A stretch of 63,371 bases of DNA, the filler included, from Octopus bimaculoides (lineage: Eukaryota), in the NCBI RefSeq assembly GCF_001194135.2. It is 6 parts of 5 records of this genome, joined end to end, with 100 filler letters (N's around TTAATTAATTAA, not from the genome) between each part and the next. Parts side by side here need not be neighbours in the genome. Positions count along the whole stretch, not along the records: positions 1 to 25,778 come from NC_068994.1; 5 more parts are not named here. One strand, 5' to 3'. Below, piece after piece: positions 1 to 11,913 of the stretch. How positions within the stretch are numbered: position 1 is the first letter of the stretch; every line of letters starts with the position of its first letter. The translations under genes and the position numbers were made by a program. The notes beneath the pieces were generated by a model, which worked only from the letters and a program-made list of their open reading frames with translations, made no database searches and was not told the origin of the DNA.

Positions 1-1770
1 ATCTGCAGCAAGAAATTAAATTAAGTTTTTACGAACATTCGAAATGAAGATATCAAAAATGTGGAGAATCGATTCGTATCATGAAAATCGATTCGTATGA
101 GGAGCTGTGGAAGCGATCTTACGTCTCATTTGATGCAAAAAGTAAGCCTGAGTGACTGTCATCGCCCACATTAATGGATAATATAAACTCATAAAAGCAC
201 AACTCCCAAAGTGAACAAAACAGAACACACACACACAGATTACGAACGTTTAAACACAAATACATTTACACAAGTTACATACATGTACAATTAAAAAAAT
301 ATATTTTTAACTATTAGTTCCACTTCATCATTGACATGTAATTAGCTAAATATTATTATGTCGCTCATGTGTAATTAAGAGAAGCTAATGAAGACATGCA
401 AAAAGAGATATCAAGAGATGGATAATAAGCATGTTCGTGTACAGTAAATATAACTATTATAGAGGAAAGGGGGTGCTACGTGTCTGCTTCTCTGCTGAAA
501 GAAATCCGACATGGTATCTTAACATTTGTGATGTATTTATTATATACTTGCTGGGAAAGCCTGGTATTTTACAGTGGAGAGATTGAATCTTTGACTCATA
601 CTGAAGAAATCATGACATGTCGGTTTCGACGACAAGGGTTGCAGTTGATTCAACAAACGGAACAGCCTGCTCGTGAAATTAAACTACGTGTGTGTGTGTG
701 TGTGTGAATGTATGTATGTATGTAGTACAACGCATTACAACATAACGGCTTCAAGAATAAAATACGTTAANNNNNNNNNNNNNNNNNNNNNNNNNNNNNN
801 NNNNNNNNNNNNNNNNNNNNNNNNNNNNNNNNNNNNNNNNNNNNNNNNNNNNNNNNNNNNNNNNNNNNNNNNNNNNNNNNNNNNNNNNNNNNNNNNNNNN
901 NNNNNNNNNNNNNNNNNNNNNNNNNNNNNNNNNNNNNNNNNNNNNNNNNNNNNNNNNNNNNNNNNNNNNNNNNNNNNNNNNNNNNNNNNNNNNNNNNNNN
1001 NNNNNNNNNNNNNNNNNNNNNNNNNNNNNNNNNNNNNNNNNNNNNNNNNNNNNNNNNNNNNNNNNNNNNNNNNNNNNNNNNNNNNNNNNNNNNNNNNNNN
1101 NNNNNNNNNNNNNNNNNNNNNNNNNNNNNNNNNNNNNNNNNNNNNNNNNNNNNNNNNNNNNNNNNNNNNNNNNNNNNNNNNNNNNNNNNNNNNNNNNNNN
1201 NNNNNNNNNNNNNNNNNNNNNNNNNNNNNNNNNNNNNNNNNNNNNNNNNNNNNNNNNNNNNNNNNNNNNNNNNNNNNNNNNNNNNNNNNNNNNNNNNNNN
1301 NNNNNNNNNNNNNNNNNNNNNNNNNNNNNNNNNNNNNNNNNNNNNNNNNNNNNNNNNNNNNNNNNNNNNNNNNNNNNNNNNNNNNNNNNNNNNNNNNNNN
1401 NNNNNNNNNNNNNNNNNNNNNNNNNNNNNNNNNNNNNNNNNNNNNNNNNNNNNNNNNNNNNNNNNNNNNNNNNNNNNNNNNNNNNNNNNNNNNNNNNCTG
1501 AAGCTTCGTGGAATTTGAACTCAGAACGTATCGAATCAGAACAAATGCCACAAAGCATTTTGGCCGATTCTCTTATGACCCTCTGAAGCCACTGCCCTAA
1601 GATAATTTTTCCTAGTTTAGATACAAAGCCAGTAATTTTTAGGGGAGGGGTTAGTCGATTAACTGGATTCAGAGAATTGACTGGTATTTTTTGTTGACTC
1701 CAGAAGAATGAAAAGCCTAGAGTAGAAAAGAATATATGTGCGTATGAGTATCTGACATTTTTTTAATATG

Positions 1771-2130
1771 TTACTTGTTTCGGTCATTACACTGTGGCCA
1801 TGCTGAGGCACCACCTTGAAGGATTTTTAATCGAATGAATCGACCCCAGTACTTATTTTCTTTTTATTCTATCGGTGTCTTTTGCTGAACCGCTAATTTA
1901 CGGTGATGTAATCACACTAACACCGGTTGTCAAGAAGTGTTGGGGGTAAACACAGGCACAAAGACACACGCACACAGATACATATGTACATACACGACAG
2001 GCTTCTTTCAGTTTCTGTCTACCAAATTCACTCACATGGCTTTGGTCAGCCTAAGGCTATAGCAGAAGATACTTGTCCAAGGTGCCATGAAATGGGTCTG
2101 AACCCAGAACCATGTAGCTGGACAGCAAAC
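1771..2130 (-). mobile_element. tRNA-derived SINE, family A (old copy)
   Basis: Homologous along its length to 18098-18494, including the central microsatellite and the ...ggccgcagtcaaatgactgaaacaagtaa tail. Confidence 0.8.
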
Positions 2131-2157
2131 TTCTTAGCACACACACACACACACATA

Positions 2158-2427
2158 TTTACTTGTATCAATCATTCGACTGTGGCCATAAAGGAATACC
2201 AGATTGAAGGGTTTAGGCGAACATAGAGACGCCAGTATTTACATTTTTTGAAGCCTGGTACTCATTTTATCGGTTCCATTTATGCCGAACCGGTACGTTA
2301 CGCGGACGTAGGACGTAAACAAATCGACACCAATTATCAAGCATTGGACTAACACAGAAACATGCACACACAGATATACATGCACACACACATTTGTGTA
2401 TCTATGTATCTGTCAGCCAATCTATAA

Positions 2428-2465
<38 letters not shown>

Positions 2466-2855
2466 GTAGCTATGTTTCTATATACGATAGGATTCAACAT
2501 AGTTTCCTATTTCTTTATTGCCCACAAGGGGCTAAACATAGAGGGGACAAACAAGGACGGACAAAGGGATTAAGTCGATTACATCGACCCCAGTGTGTAA
2601 CTGGTACTTATTTAATCGACCCCGAAAGGATGAAAGGCAAAGTCGACTTCGCGGAATTTGAACTCAGAACGTATCGGCAGACGAAATATCGCTAAGCATT
2701 TCGCCCGGCGTGCTAACGTTTCTGCCAGCTCGCCTTCGACATAGTTTCCGTCAACCAAATTCACTTCCAAGACATTAGTCAGCCTGGGGGCTATAGTATA
2801 AGATACTTGCCCAAGATGCAGCGCAATGGAACTAAACGAAACGGAAACCATGTAN
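2158..2855 (-). mobile_element. SINE family A interrupted by a family B copy
   Basis: Family A tail at 2158-2400 and head at 2750-2855, separated by the B insertion. Confidence 0.75.
2508..2738 (-). mobile_element. tRNA-derived SINE, family B, full length with an 11-bp TSD
   Basis: Head GAAGGCGAGCTGGCAGAAACGTTAGC...GAGTTCAAATTCC (A/B-box-like). TSD ACATAGTTTCC at 2497-2507 and 2739-2749. Confidence 0.9.
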
Positions 2856-3374
2856 NNNNNNNNNNNNNNNNNNNNNNNNNNNNNNNNNNNNNNNNNNNNN
2901 NNNNNNNNNNNNNNNNNNNNNNNNNNNNNNNNNNNNNNNNNNNNNNNNNNNNNNNNNNNNNNNNNNNNNNNNNNNNNNNNNNNNNNNNNNNNNNNNNNNN
3001 NNNNNNNNNNNNNNNNNNNNNNNNNNNNNNNNNNNNNNNNNNNNNNNNNNNNNNNNNNNNNNNNNNNNNNNNNNNNNNNNNNNNNNNNNNNNNNNNNNNN
3101 NNNNNNNNNNNNNNNNNNNNNNNNNNNNNNNNNNNNNNNNNNNNNNNNNNNNNNNNNNNNNNNNNNNNNNNNNNNNNNNNNNNNNNNNNNNNNNNNNNNN
3201 NNNNATATTGTATATTATATTACATATTGTATATTCCATATTCTATATCCCACATTGGTTTTGCAGGAATATAAATAAAACATAAAAAACAGACAGTGTT
3301 GGAACTCTTTTAAACAAAATAATATATTCCTCTATACACAATCATACAAAACCCCTTTTTTTGTATTTATTTTT

Positions 3375-3445
<71 letters not shown>

Positions 3446-3723
3446 TATATATATACATATATGGAGAAGAGAGAAAGTATAAATGTATATGTATGTATGT
3501 ATGTATTTATGTATGTATTTATGTATGCATGTATGTATGTATGTATGTATGTAATGTATGTATGTGTGTATGTATGTATGTATGTATACGTGTATGTACG
3601 TATATGAATGGCATTTAAGCCTGATAGGTTCGTATGACTGATGATAAGTCGATGCTAAAAGCAAACTAAGTAGGTCTACAGTTCTATGACCTTCTGATAA
3701 ATGAGCACGTAGAAATGTCTTAC

Positions 3724-3840
3724 CTCTATAACATTTGTCATCGGTTTCACCGTCTTTGGTGCATAATGCCTTTGCCAACAGTGTGTTCGGTGATAAATCG
3801 TCTGAATCAGCTGCGTATCCATTTGACAAAAGCAGTTTAT
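3724..3840 (-). CDS. Internal coding exon of an unidentified gene (paralogous exon copy A)
   Basis: Bounded by cctcttcttctaacAG| and G|GTAAGA; 117 nt, phase 1-1; encodes xKLLLSNGYAADSDDLSPNTLLAKALCTKDGETDDKCYRx. Homology to copy B stops at the splice sites. Confidence 0.8.
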
Positions 3841-3929
3841 CTGTTAGAAGAAGAGGTGTGATGGGGGAGAAAACACAGGACAAGTTTTGATAAGAATTAA
3901 TATTTCCATATAAAAGAAAACAAGAGAAA

Positions 3930-4217
3930 CAGAACAAAACAAAACAAAACAAAGCAAAATCGACTCCTTTCCCTTCTCATCATCATCATCATTAAAACTC
4001 TCCTCTTCCTTCGGTTTCTCCTCCTTGTCCTCTGCTTTATCATCATCATCATCATCGTCATAAAAATCCTTCTTTTCTTCCACTTAATATCATCGTCGTC
4101 ATCATCATCATCATCATCATCGCCATCGAAATCTTCCTTCACGTTTTTTTCCTCCTCCATCTCCTTCTCAACCATCAACTCCCTCCTCCTCCTCCTCCTC
4201 CTCCTCCTTATCATCAT

Positions 4218-4249
<32 letters not shown>

Positions 4250-4320
4250 TCATCATCAGTATTGTCGTCATCGTCACCGTCGTTGTTGTCACCGTAGTTA
4301 CCTTCATCGCCATCGCATCT
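3930..4320. repeat. Compound trinucleotide microsatellite (CAT/CCT/CAC)n, preceded by (AAAAC)n
   Basis: Direct inspection; it explains the poly-D/M/R ORFs. Confidence 0.9.
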
Positions 4321-5260
4321 ACACGATCACCCAAATCCACGAATCACGTCACCATCAGAATGTCCTTGAACGTAATGGCTGTTCTTCTTACCTTAATTGC
4401 TATGTCTTAAGAGTATTCCTCTAAGTGCNNNNNNNNNNNNNNNNNNNNNNNNNNNNNNNNNNNNNNNNNNNNNNNNNNNNNNNNNNNNNNNNNNNNNNNN
4501 NNNNNNNNNNNNNNNNNNNNNNNNNNNNNNNNNNNNNNNNNNNNNNNNNNNNNNNNNNNNNNNNNNNNNNNNNNNNNNNNNNNNNNNNNNNNNNNNNNNN
4601 NNNNNNNNNNNNNNNNNNNNNNNNNNNNNNNNNNNNNNNNNNNNNNNNNNNNNNNNNNNNNNNNNNNNNNNNNNNNNNNNNNNNNNNNNNNNNNNNNNNN
4701 NNNNNNNNNNNNNNNNNNNNNNNNNNNNNNNNNNNNNNNNNNNNNNNNNNNNNNNNNNNNNNNNNNNNNNNNNNNNNNNNNNNNNNNNNNNNNNNNNNNN
4801 NNNNNNNNNNNNNNNNNNNNNNNNNNNNNNNNNNNNNNNNNNNNNNNNNNNNNNNNNNNNNNNNNNNNNNNNNNNNNNNNNNNNNNNNNNNNNNNNNNNN
4901 NNNNNNNNNNNNNNNNNNNNNNNNNNNNNNNNNNNNNNNNNNNNNNNNNNNNNNNNNNNNNNNNNNNNNNNNNNNNNNNNNNNNNNNNNNNNNNNNNNNN
5001 NNNNNNNNNNNNNNNNNNNNNNNNNNNNNNNNNNNNNNNNNNNNNNNNNNNNNNNNNNNNNNNNNNNNNNNNNNNNNNNNNNNNNNNNNNNNNNNNNNNN
5101 NNNNNNNNNNNNNNNNNNNNNNNNNNNNNNNNNNNNNNNNNNNNNNNNNNNNNNNNNNNNNNNNNNNNNNNNNNNNNNNNNNNNNNNNNNNNNNNNNNNN
5201 NNNNNNNNNNNNNNNNNNNNNNNNNNNNNNNNNNNNNNNNNNNNNNNNNNNNNNNNNNNN

Positions 5261-5325
<65 letters not shown>

Positions 5326-5444
5326 TGTATGTATGCATATAAGTATGTATATATTTGAACGTGCCTGAGTATGAGTTGGTATGTATGTACATGTACCTAT
5401 ATATATGTAGATTCACATATCCATGTATATATGTATGCATGTGC

Positions 5445-5772
5445 ATTAGCTCACTGGTTAGTGACGGGGTCACAAACATGAGGTAGTGAGTTCGATTCCC
5501 GGACCGGGCTGTGTATAATATTCTTGAGCAAGACACTTTATTTCACTTTGTTCCAGATCACCTCGGCTGTAGAAATGAGTTGAGATGTCACTGATGCCAA
5601 GCTGTATTAGCTTTTGCCTTTCCCTTGGATAATACCAGTGGAGGGAAGGAGGGAGGCTGGCATGCATGGGCGGCGGATGATCTTCCATAAAAATCCTTGA
5701 CCGGACTTGTGCCTCGGGGAGTAGCTTCCTAGGTGCTGTCCTATGGTTACTCTTGACAGAAGGATGTCTTTA
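5445..5772 (+). mobile_element. tRNA-derived SINE, family C (old copy)
   Basis: Homologous to 8634-8967 (gttcgattcccggaccggg...ttcttgagcaagacactttatttcac...). Confidence 0.8.
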
Positions 5773-6775
5773 CCTGATATATGTAGGAGGATAAGCAGCT
5801 GAAATAACACCCAATGTATGATTATGGAACTTTTTGACTTTTAAATGACAAAAAATTACAAAGGTGACTGACACTCTAAGTGCTATGCACGAAACTCTCG
5901 GTCCTTGAGACTCTATAGTAANNNNNNNNNNNNNNNNNNNNNNNNNNNNNNNNNNNNNNNNNNNNNNNNNNNNNNNNNNNNNNNNNNNNNNNNNNNNNNN
6001 NNNNNNNNNNNNNNNNNNNNNNNNNNNNNNNNNNNNNNNNNNNNNNNNNNNNNNNNNNNNNNNNNNNNNNNNNNNNNNNNNNNNNNNNNNNNNNNNNNNN
6101 NNNNNNNNNNNNNNNNNNNNNNNNNNNNNNNNNNNNNNNNNNNNNNNNNNNNNNNNNNNNNNNNNNNNNNNNNNNNNNNNNNNNNNNNNNNNNNNNNNNN
6201 NNNNNNNNNNNNNNNNNNNNNNNNNNNNNNNNNNNNNNNNNNNNNNNNNNNNNNNNNNNNNNNNNNNNNNNNNNNNNNNNNNNNNNNNNNNNNNNNNNNN
6301 NNNNNNNNNNNNNNNNNNNNNNNNNNNNNNNNNNNNNNNNNNNNNNNNNNNNNNNNNNNNNNNNNNNNNNNNNNNNNNNNNNNNNNNNNNNNNNNNNNNN
6401 NNNNNNNNNNNNNNNNNNNNNNNNNNNNNNNNNNNNNNNNNNNNNNNNNNNNNNNNNNNNNNNNNNNNNNNNNNNNNNNNNNNNNNNNNNNNNNNNNNNN
6501 NNNNNNNNNNNNNNNNNNNNNNNNNNNNNNNNNNNNNNNNNNNNNNNNNNNNNNNNNNNNNNNNNNNNNNNNNNNNNNNNNNNNNNNNNNNNNNNNNNNN
6601 NNNNNNNNNNNNNNNNNNNNNNNNNNNNNNNNNNNNNNNNNNNNNNNNNNNNNNNNNNNNNNNNNNNNNNNNNNNNNNNNNNNNNNNNNNNNNNNNNNNN
6701 NNNNNNNNNNNNNNNNNNNNNNNNNNNNNNNNNNNNNNNNNNNNNNNNNNNNNNNNNNNNNNNNNNNNNNNNNNN

Positions 6776-6840
<65 letters not shown>

Positions 6841-7177
6841 CATTATCAGAAACTAACGGAATAAAAAAAAAATCCAGGCATATATCCGAAGATCTAATAC
6901 ATATTTATCAACAGAGATGTAATGTGTTTATGGAAACCGGTTAACCATACAGACATAGATATATACATATGCACTCACGCCTCCCTGTATTCTGCTTTCT
7001 GTTGACGTTCATGCACTTGAATATATAAATATCAAACAGATGGGATTGTGCTTCAGTGTATATTTTATGCTTTGATACATATATTTTACATATGCTTCTT
7101 TCTTTCTAAACATTAGCTTTCAATTGATCTGTGTCTTAATTGTCACTTTGTTTAATGACAACGCTGTGACACTGTCT

Positions 7178-7229
<52 letters not shown>

Positions 7230-7576
7230 CCTTTCTTTCTCTTTCATATATATATATATATANNNNNNNNNNNNNNNNNNNNNNNNNNNNNNNNNNNNNN
7301 NNNNNNNNNNNNNNNNNNNNNNNNNNNNNNNNNNNNNNNNNNNNNNNNNNNNNNNNNNNNNNNNNNNNNNNNNNNNNNNNNNNNNNNNNNNNNNNNNNNN
7401 NNNNNNNNNNNNNNNNNNNNNNNNNNNNNNNNNNNNNNNNNNNNNNNNNNNNNNNNNNNNNNNNNNNNNNNNNNNNNNNNNNNNNNNNNNNNNNNNNNNN
7501 NNNNNNNNNNNNNNNNNNNNNNNNNNNNNNNNNNNNTAATCAACTTAATCCCCTCCCGCACAAGCTGCCCTTGTGG

Positions 7577-7609
<33 letters not shown>

Positions 7610-7630
7610 CATCATCATCATCATCATTTC

Positions 7631-7760
7631 CACCGAGGTTGACTTTGACTTTCATCCTTTCGGGGTCGATTAAATAAGTACCAGTTGCGTACTGGGGATC
7701 GATCTAATCGATTGGCCCCCTCCCCCAAAATTTCGGGCCTTGTGCCTAAAGTAGAAAAGA
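7631..7760 (+). mobile_element. SINE family B, 3' part with (ATT)n tail
   Basis: gactttgactttcatcctttcggggtcgattaaataagtaccag...ccttgtgcctaaagtagaaaaga followed by (ATT)n. Confidence 0.8.
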
Positions 7761-8633
7761 TTATTATTATTATTATTACTATTATTATTATTATTATTAT
7801 TATTATTAGTCTACATTTATAATGTTATAAAGTTATACCACTCTGAACGTAGTTTATTGAGCACTTTATTAGATTTTTGCTATAAAGATACATTCCTTTT
7901 GAATTTTGAAATACTGTTAGTCCAACTACTTTAAGCTACACACTTGCACGTGCACGCATGTGTGCATGTGAGTTTGTGCGTATGTATTTATGTGTGTGCG
8001 TTTGTGCATGAATGTATGTATGTAAGTATGTATGTACGTGTGTATGTGTGTAACTGCAAGCCATGCTAACGAATGAAGTTATTTCCTTTTTAGTTGATAA
8101 CCAGGAGGACGCAGGATTAGCAAAATCTATAGAGCATCTACGAAATACCTTATGCCTCCTTTACGTGCTGAGTGCAAATCAACCGAGATTCAGATTAACG
8201 CTTTATTCTATCGTTCTTATTCAACTTTATCTTCCGCGTTTAATCTATTTAATCTAGGAGCTCGATTTAATCTATTTTACTCTCTCATCAAAACGTGCGG
8301 GCCGTGCAAAGAACTAGCTGATTATTATTGATATAGATTCAAATTATTTGTACCGTAATTTTGTGACTTATATAGACATTAATATAGATAAGGAATCGTT
8401 TAAATGAAATGTCTGAATGTCTCAGATGAGTTGAATTTAATAATTTCTTACATTGATAGAGAGTCACAAAATTTTGGCGGGAATTGGCTAGTCGACTAAA
8501 TCAAAAACAGTATCTCCGTTATAGTTTATTTAATCTACCTCGGAAGAAGGAAAGACAAAGTTGAAATACTGACTGCGGTGTAATTTGAACTCAGAATAAG
8601 AAGGGCTCTATGTAAATATCGCAAAGTATTTAT

Positions 8634-8967
8634 GAAGGCGCATGGCTCAGTGGCTAGAGCGTCGAGCTTACGATCGTGAGGTTGTGAGTTCGAATCCGGG
8701 ACCGGGCTGCGTGTTGTGTTCTTGAGCAAAACACTTTATTTCACGTTGCTCCAGTTCACTCAGCTGTAGAAATGAGTTGCGACGTCACAGGTGCCAAGCT
8801 GTACTGGCCTTTGCCTTTCCCTTGGTTAACACTGGTGGCGTGGAGAGGGGAGGCTGGTATGCATGGGCAGCTGCTGGTCTACCATAAACAACCTTGCCCG
8901 GACTTGTGCCTCAGAGGGTAACTTTCTAGGTGCAATCCCATGGTCAGTCATGACCGAAGCGGGGTCT
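8634..8967 (+). mobile_element. tRNA-derived SINE, family C, full length, inserted into a minus-strand family B copy
   Basis: tRNA-like head GGCGCATGGCTCAGTGGCTAGAGC...GAGTTCGAATCC. It is flanked by family B body (8465-8630) and B head (8968-9005). Confidence 0.88.
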
Positions 8968-9169
8968 CAGCATTTGGTCCGATGCTCTAACGATTCTTGC
9001 AAAGCCACGAAGTTATAATTTATTGGATTATTAACTTCATCTTTTAAATTTTAGAAGCTTTAAAATATCTATACGTATACCTTCTTTTCTCCTTTTTATT
9101 CCTGTCGGACCTACAGTCTTATGGGATCGGATTTAATTGGATTTTCATGGCGTTTAAGTCAAGAGTAGA

Positions 9170-9363
9170 AGACTTCCACCCGCTGAACGAAAAGTCTGTC
9201 CGTCACAAGGATAATCCCTGTTTGTCATCCTTAGCTGAATGTATTGGAGCAACATGAAGTGAAGTGCACTGTTCAAGGACACTTTGTATCGCCCGGTCCA
9301 AGACTCGAATTTACTGACTAACGACCATGAGGCCAACACTCTATACGTTAGTCGCGCGCCTTC
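9170..9363 (-). mobile_element. Old tRNA-derived SINE with a family C-like head
   Basis: Reverse complement tgaaggcgcgcg...aaattcgagtcttggaccgggcg...gtgtccttgaacagtgcacttcacttcatgttgctcca. Confidence 0.55.
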
Positions 9364-10210
9364 AAAGATCTACAATACTTTTCACTTAAGCCTAGAAAAA
9401 CTGGTGCCGGTTTGTGTTGGCAAAAATTAACCAATGATGTTCACGAGTTTGAATAAATCAGTATGCTATGGATGACTGGAACCTTATGTTCCAGGAATGA
9501 GCTTTCCAACTACTGAAATTTTTTCATTTCTCTCTCAGACGAAGAGTTAGTGTCGAAACGTCAGGTTTCTTCATCTTCCATTCCCAATAATCATGAGCTA
9601 TATTATTTTTCAATCAGTTTGGTCTTCGATCATCAACAGATGCCTTATTCATGGTTATTATAGAATACCAGAATGAATGAGAACGAGAAACATTCATTTC
9701 CAAACAGTCATAATTAGGTCATTGAATCATGTACAAAGCGCATGTTAGTGGACTAATAGCAAAGGTAGGACATTATTACTCTTTGTTCATAAATACAAAC
9801 GTTCCTTGTTCGAATCCAGTCAGGTATTTACATACACATCCAAGGGAAAAGGTATACCTGATGTTGCTTAGAGATCAAATTGGAATTTCTATTTGACTGC
9901 ATAGTTTGGAGACTTTAATTAATCACTACAAAAATGTGAGGGAAGGATAATAGAATGTTTCTATCATAGTCACAAGGCTGGAAATTTGAAAGGGTATAGA
10001 TGATTAAATCGTTGCCTGCGGGACATTTATTTTATCGAACTTGGAAAGACGACAGGCAAAATTTACCTCAGCGGGATTTGAATTTAAAAAACCAAGAAGC
10101 AGAAAGAAATACAGCAAGACATTTGCACGATACCCAAATGATTCTGCCAATCAATGGAATAATATGAGTGTTAAATTAGAAATAAATGAAAATAAGATCA
10201 AAACGTTTAC

Positions 10211-10330
10211 CTCTGTAACATTTGACGTCAATTTCTCCATCTTTGGTGCACAGTGCCTTTGCCAACAGCGCTGCGTTGGGTGATAAATGGTCCGAATCAG
10301 TTACATATCCGTTTGTCAAAACAAGCTTAT
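10211..10330 (-). CDS. Internal coding exon of an unidentified gene (paralogous exon copy B)
   Basis: Bounded by ttgttttttcAG| and G|GTAAAC; 120 nt, phase 1-1; encodes xKLVLTNGYVTDSDHLSPNAALLAKALCTKDGEIDVKCYRx. It is 31/40 identical to copy A, with many synonymous differences. Confidence 0.8.
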
Positions 10331-10626
10331 CTGAAAAAACAAATACAGACAATACATATTAAAACAACAAAATAAAAACAAAAGGGTTTGTAGTTTGATG
10401 GATTTTTAGCATTTAAAACAAGCAGTCGAAAAATACAGACAAAACAAAATCAGAACAGTTTCATTAACATCCGGTGTACTGTAATCATCAAGACACCTTT
10501 CTACAAAAGATGCAACTCATTTTATTTATTCGTTTATTTTTTCAGCTGAGTGGACTGGAAAAGTGCTTTGTTATTTCATTTTCATGCTCTTCCTCCAATC
10601 CTCTCCCAGTCCTTCTCCCGCAAATC

Positions 10627-10682
<56 letters not shown>

Positions 10683-10735
10683 TNNNNNNNNNNNNNNNNN
10701 NNNNNNNNNNNNNNNNNNNNNNNNNNNNNNNNNNN

Positions 10736-10774
<39 letters not shown>

Positions 10775-10978
10775 AATATTCCCTCTGCTCATGTCCTTCC
10801 GACAAGTGTTGACCTACAACAGTTTAAGAGGAATATTGATGGCATCGTGCTCATCGGTCTAGGAGGGCCTGTAAAGGGTCACAGACAATGACCCACCCTC
10901 CAGATTCAATAGGGACACATACACATATATTTATACATATATTATAAATATGTATATATATATGTAGCATATATATAT

Positions 10979-11014
<36 letters not shown>

Positions 11015-11042
11015 ATATATATATACAGTTTATATATATATG

Positions 11043-11913
11043 CAGGGTGCGGTGAATAATTTGTCGTCTAAATTACGCAAAAATGAAAATAACACTGACA
11101 TCTCATTTTAACATATATATTTACTAAAATTACATAAAAATATCTTTAAATACTAAAGGGTAAATTTATTCAATAAAATCGTCATTGGCTTCGACCACGA
11201 TCTCCAGACAACTTCGGAATCTCCTGCGACTCTTCTGGACGTCTTCTTGCCATAATCCTTGCTTTCAGTTCATCTTTGGTATTACAAGGAGCTTTGTTGG
11301 TCTCTCGTTCAACTGCGCCCCACACATAACAATCAAGGGGGTTGCAGTGTGGGGAATTAGGTGGCCAGATATTAGGAGTGATGTGGTCGTATAAATTGTC
11401 TGACAGCCATGACTGGGTTCTCCTTGCTAGTGTGGCATGGTGCAGAATCGTGTTGCCAGATGTAGGGTCTTCCAGCAGCCACCCTCTTGATCCAGGGCAG
11501 CACTACCTCTTCCATGCACTTGATGTAGGCCTCCCTGTTGAGTCTTAGGCCATGTGGGAAGATGAATGGAGACATAACGTCGCCATCACTAGTGATCACT
11601 CCAAACGCCATGATGTTGACTGGATGTTTGATTTTTATCACACTCGGTATATGTCTTCAGATTGCACTGTCGTCAGGTTGACACCCAAATACTTTGAAAT
11701 GTTCGCATTTGAGCTTCCGGTGCGAATGCCAAGCAGTACAGCATGACATTTCCAAATTTCTGGCGGAGTGAATTGCGTCATGGTGCTGTTTTTCTCACAG
11801 ACGGTGCCCAACTGACCTTACTATACTGTGTAGTCAACAAAATCAAAAACAAACAATGCACATGCATGAAATAAAATATATAAAAGGGCGGGCAATTTAC
11901 CCATCACACCGTG
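11043..11913 (-). mobile_element. Tc1/mariner-superfamily maT-like (DD37D) transposon relic, internally deleted
   Basis: Transposase C-terminal part KHPVNIMAFGVITSDG...WQHDSAPCHTS(frameshift)RRTQSWLSDN...WPPNSPHCNPLDCYVWGAVE...DDFIE*. After correcting one frameshift there are 37 residues between the last two Asp. Diverged TIRs: CAGGGTGCGGTGAATAATTTG / CACGGTGTGATGGGTAAATTG. Confidence 0.85.

Noticed and set aside
4386-4428. Strong minus-strand donor AAG|GTAAGA between exons A and B
   Set aside because: The visible 37 nt upstream of it contain stop codons in all three frames, so it is not a coding exon of that gene.
8290-8318. Possible Helitron 3' end (gtgcgggccgtgcaaagaaCTAG)
   Set aside because: The hairpin is poor, the CTAG is not followed by T, and no matching 5' end was found.
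8634-8710. tRNA-like heads as tRNA genes (also 14052, 31752, 50873, 53430)
   Set aside because: They continue directly into SINE bodies found many times in the window and lack complete cloverleaves.
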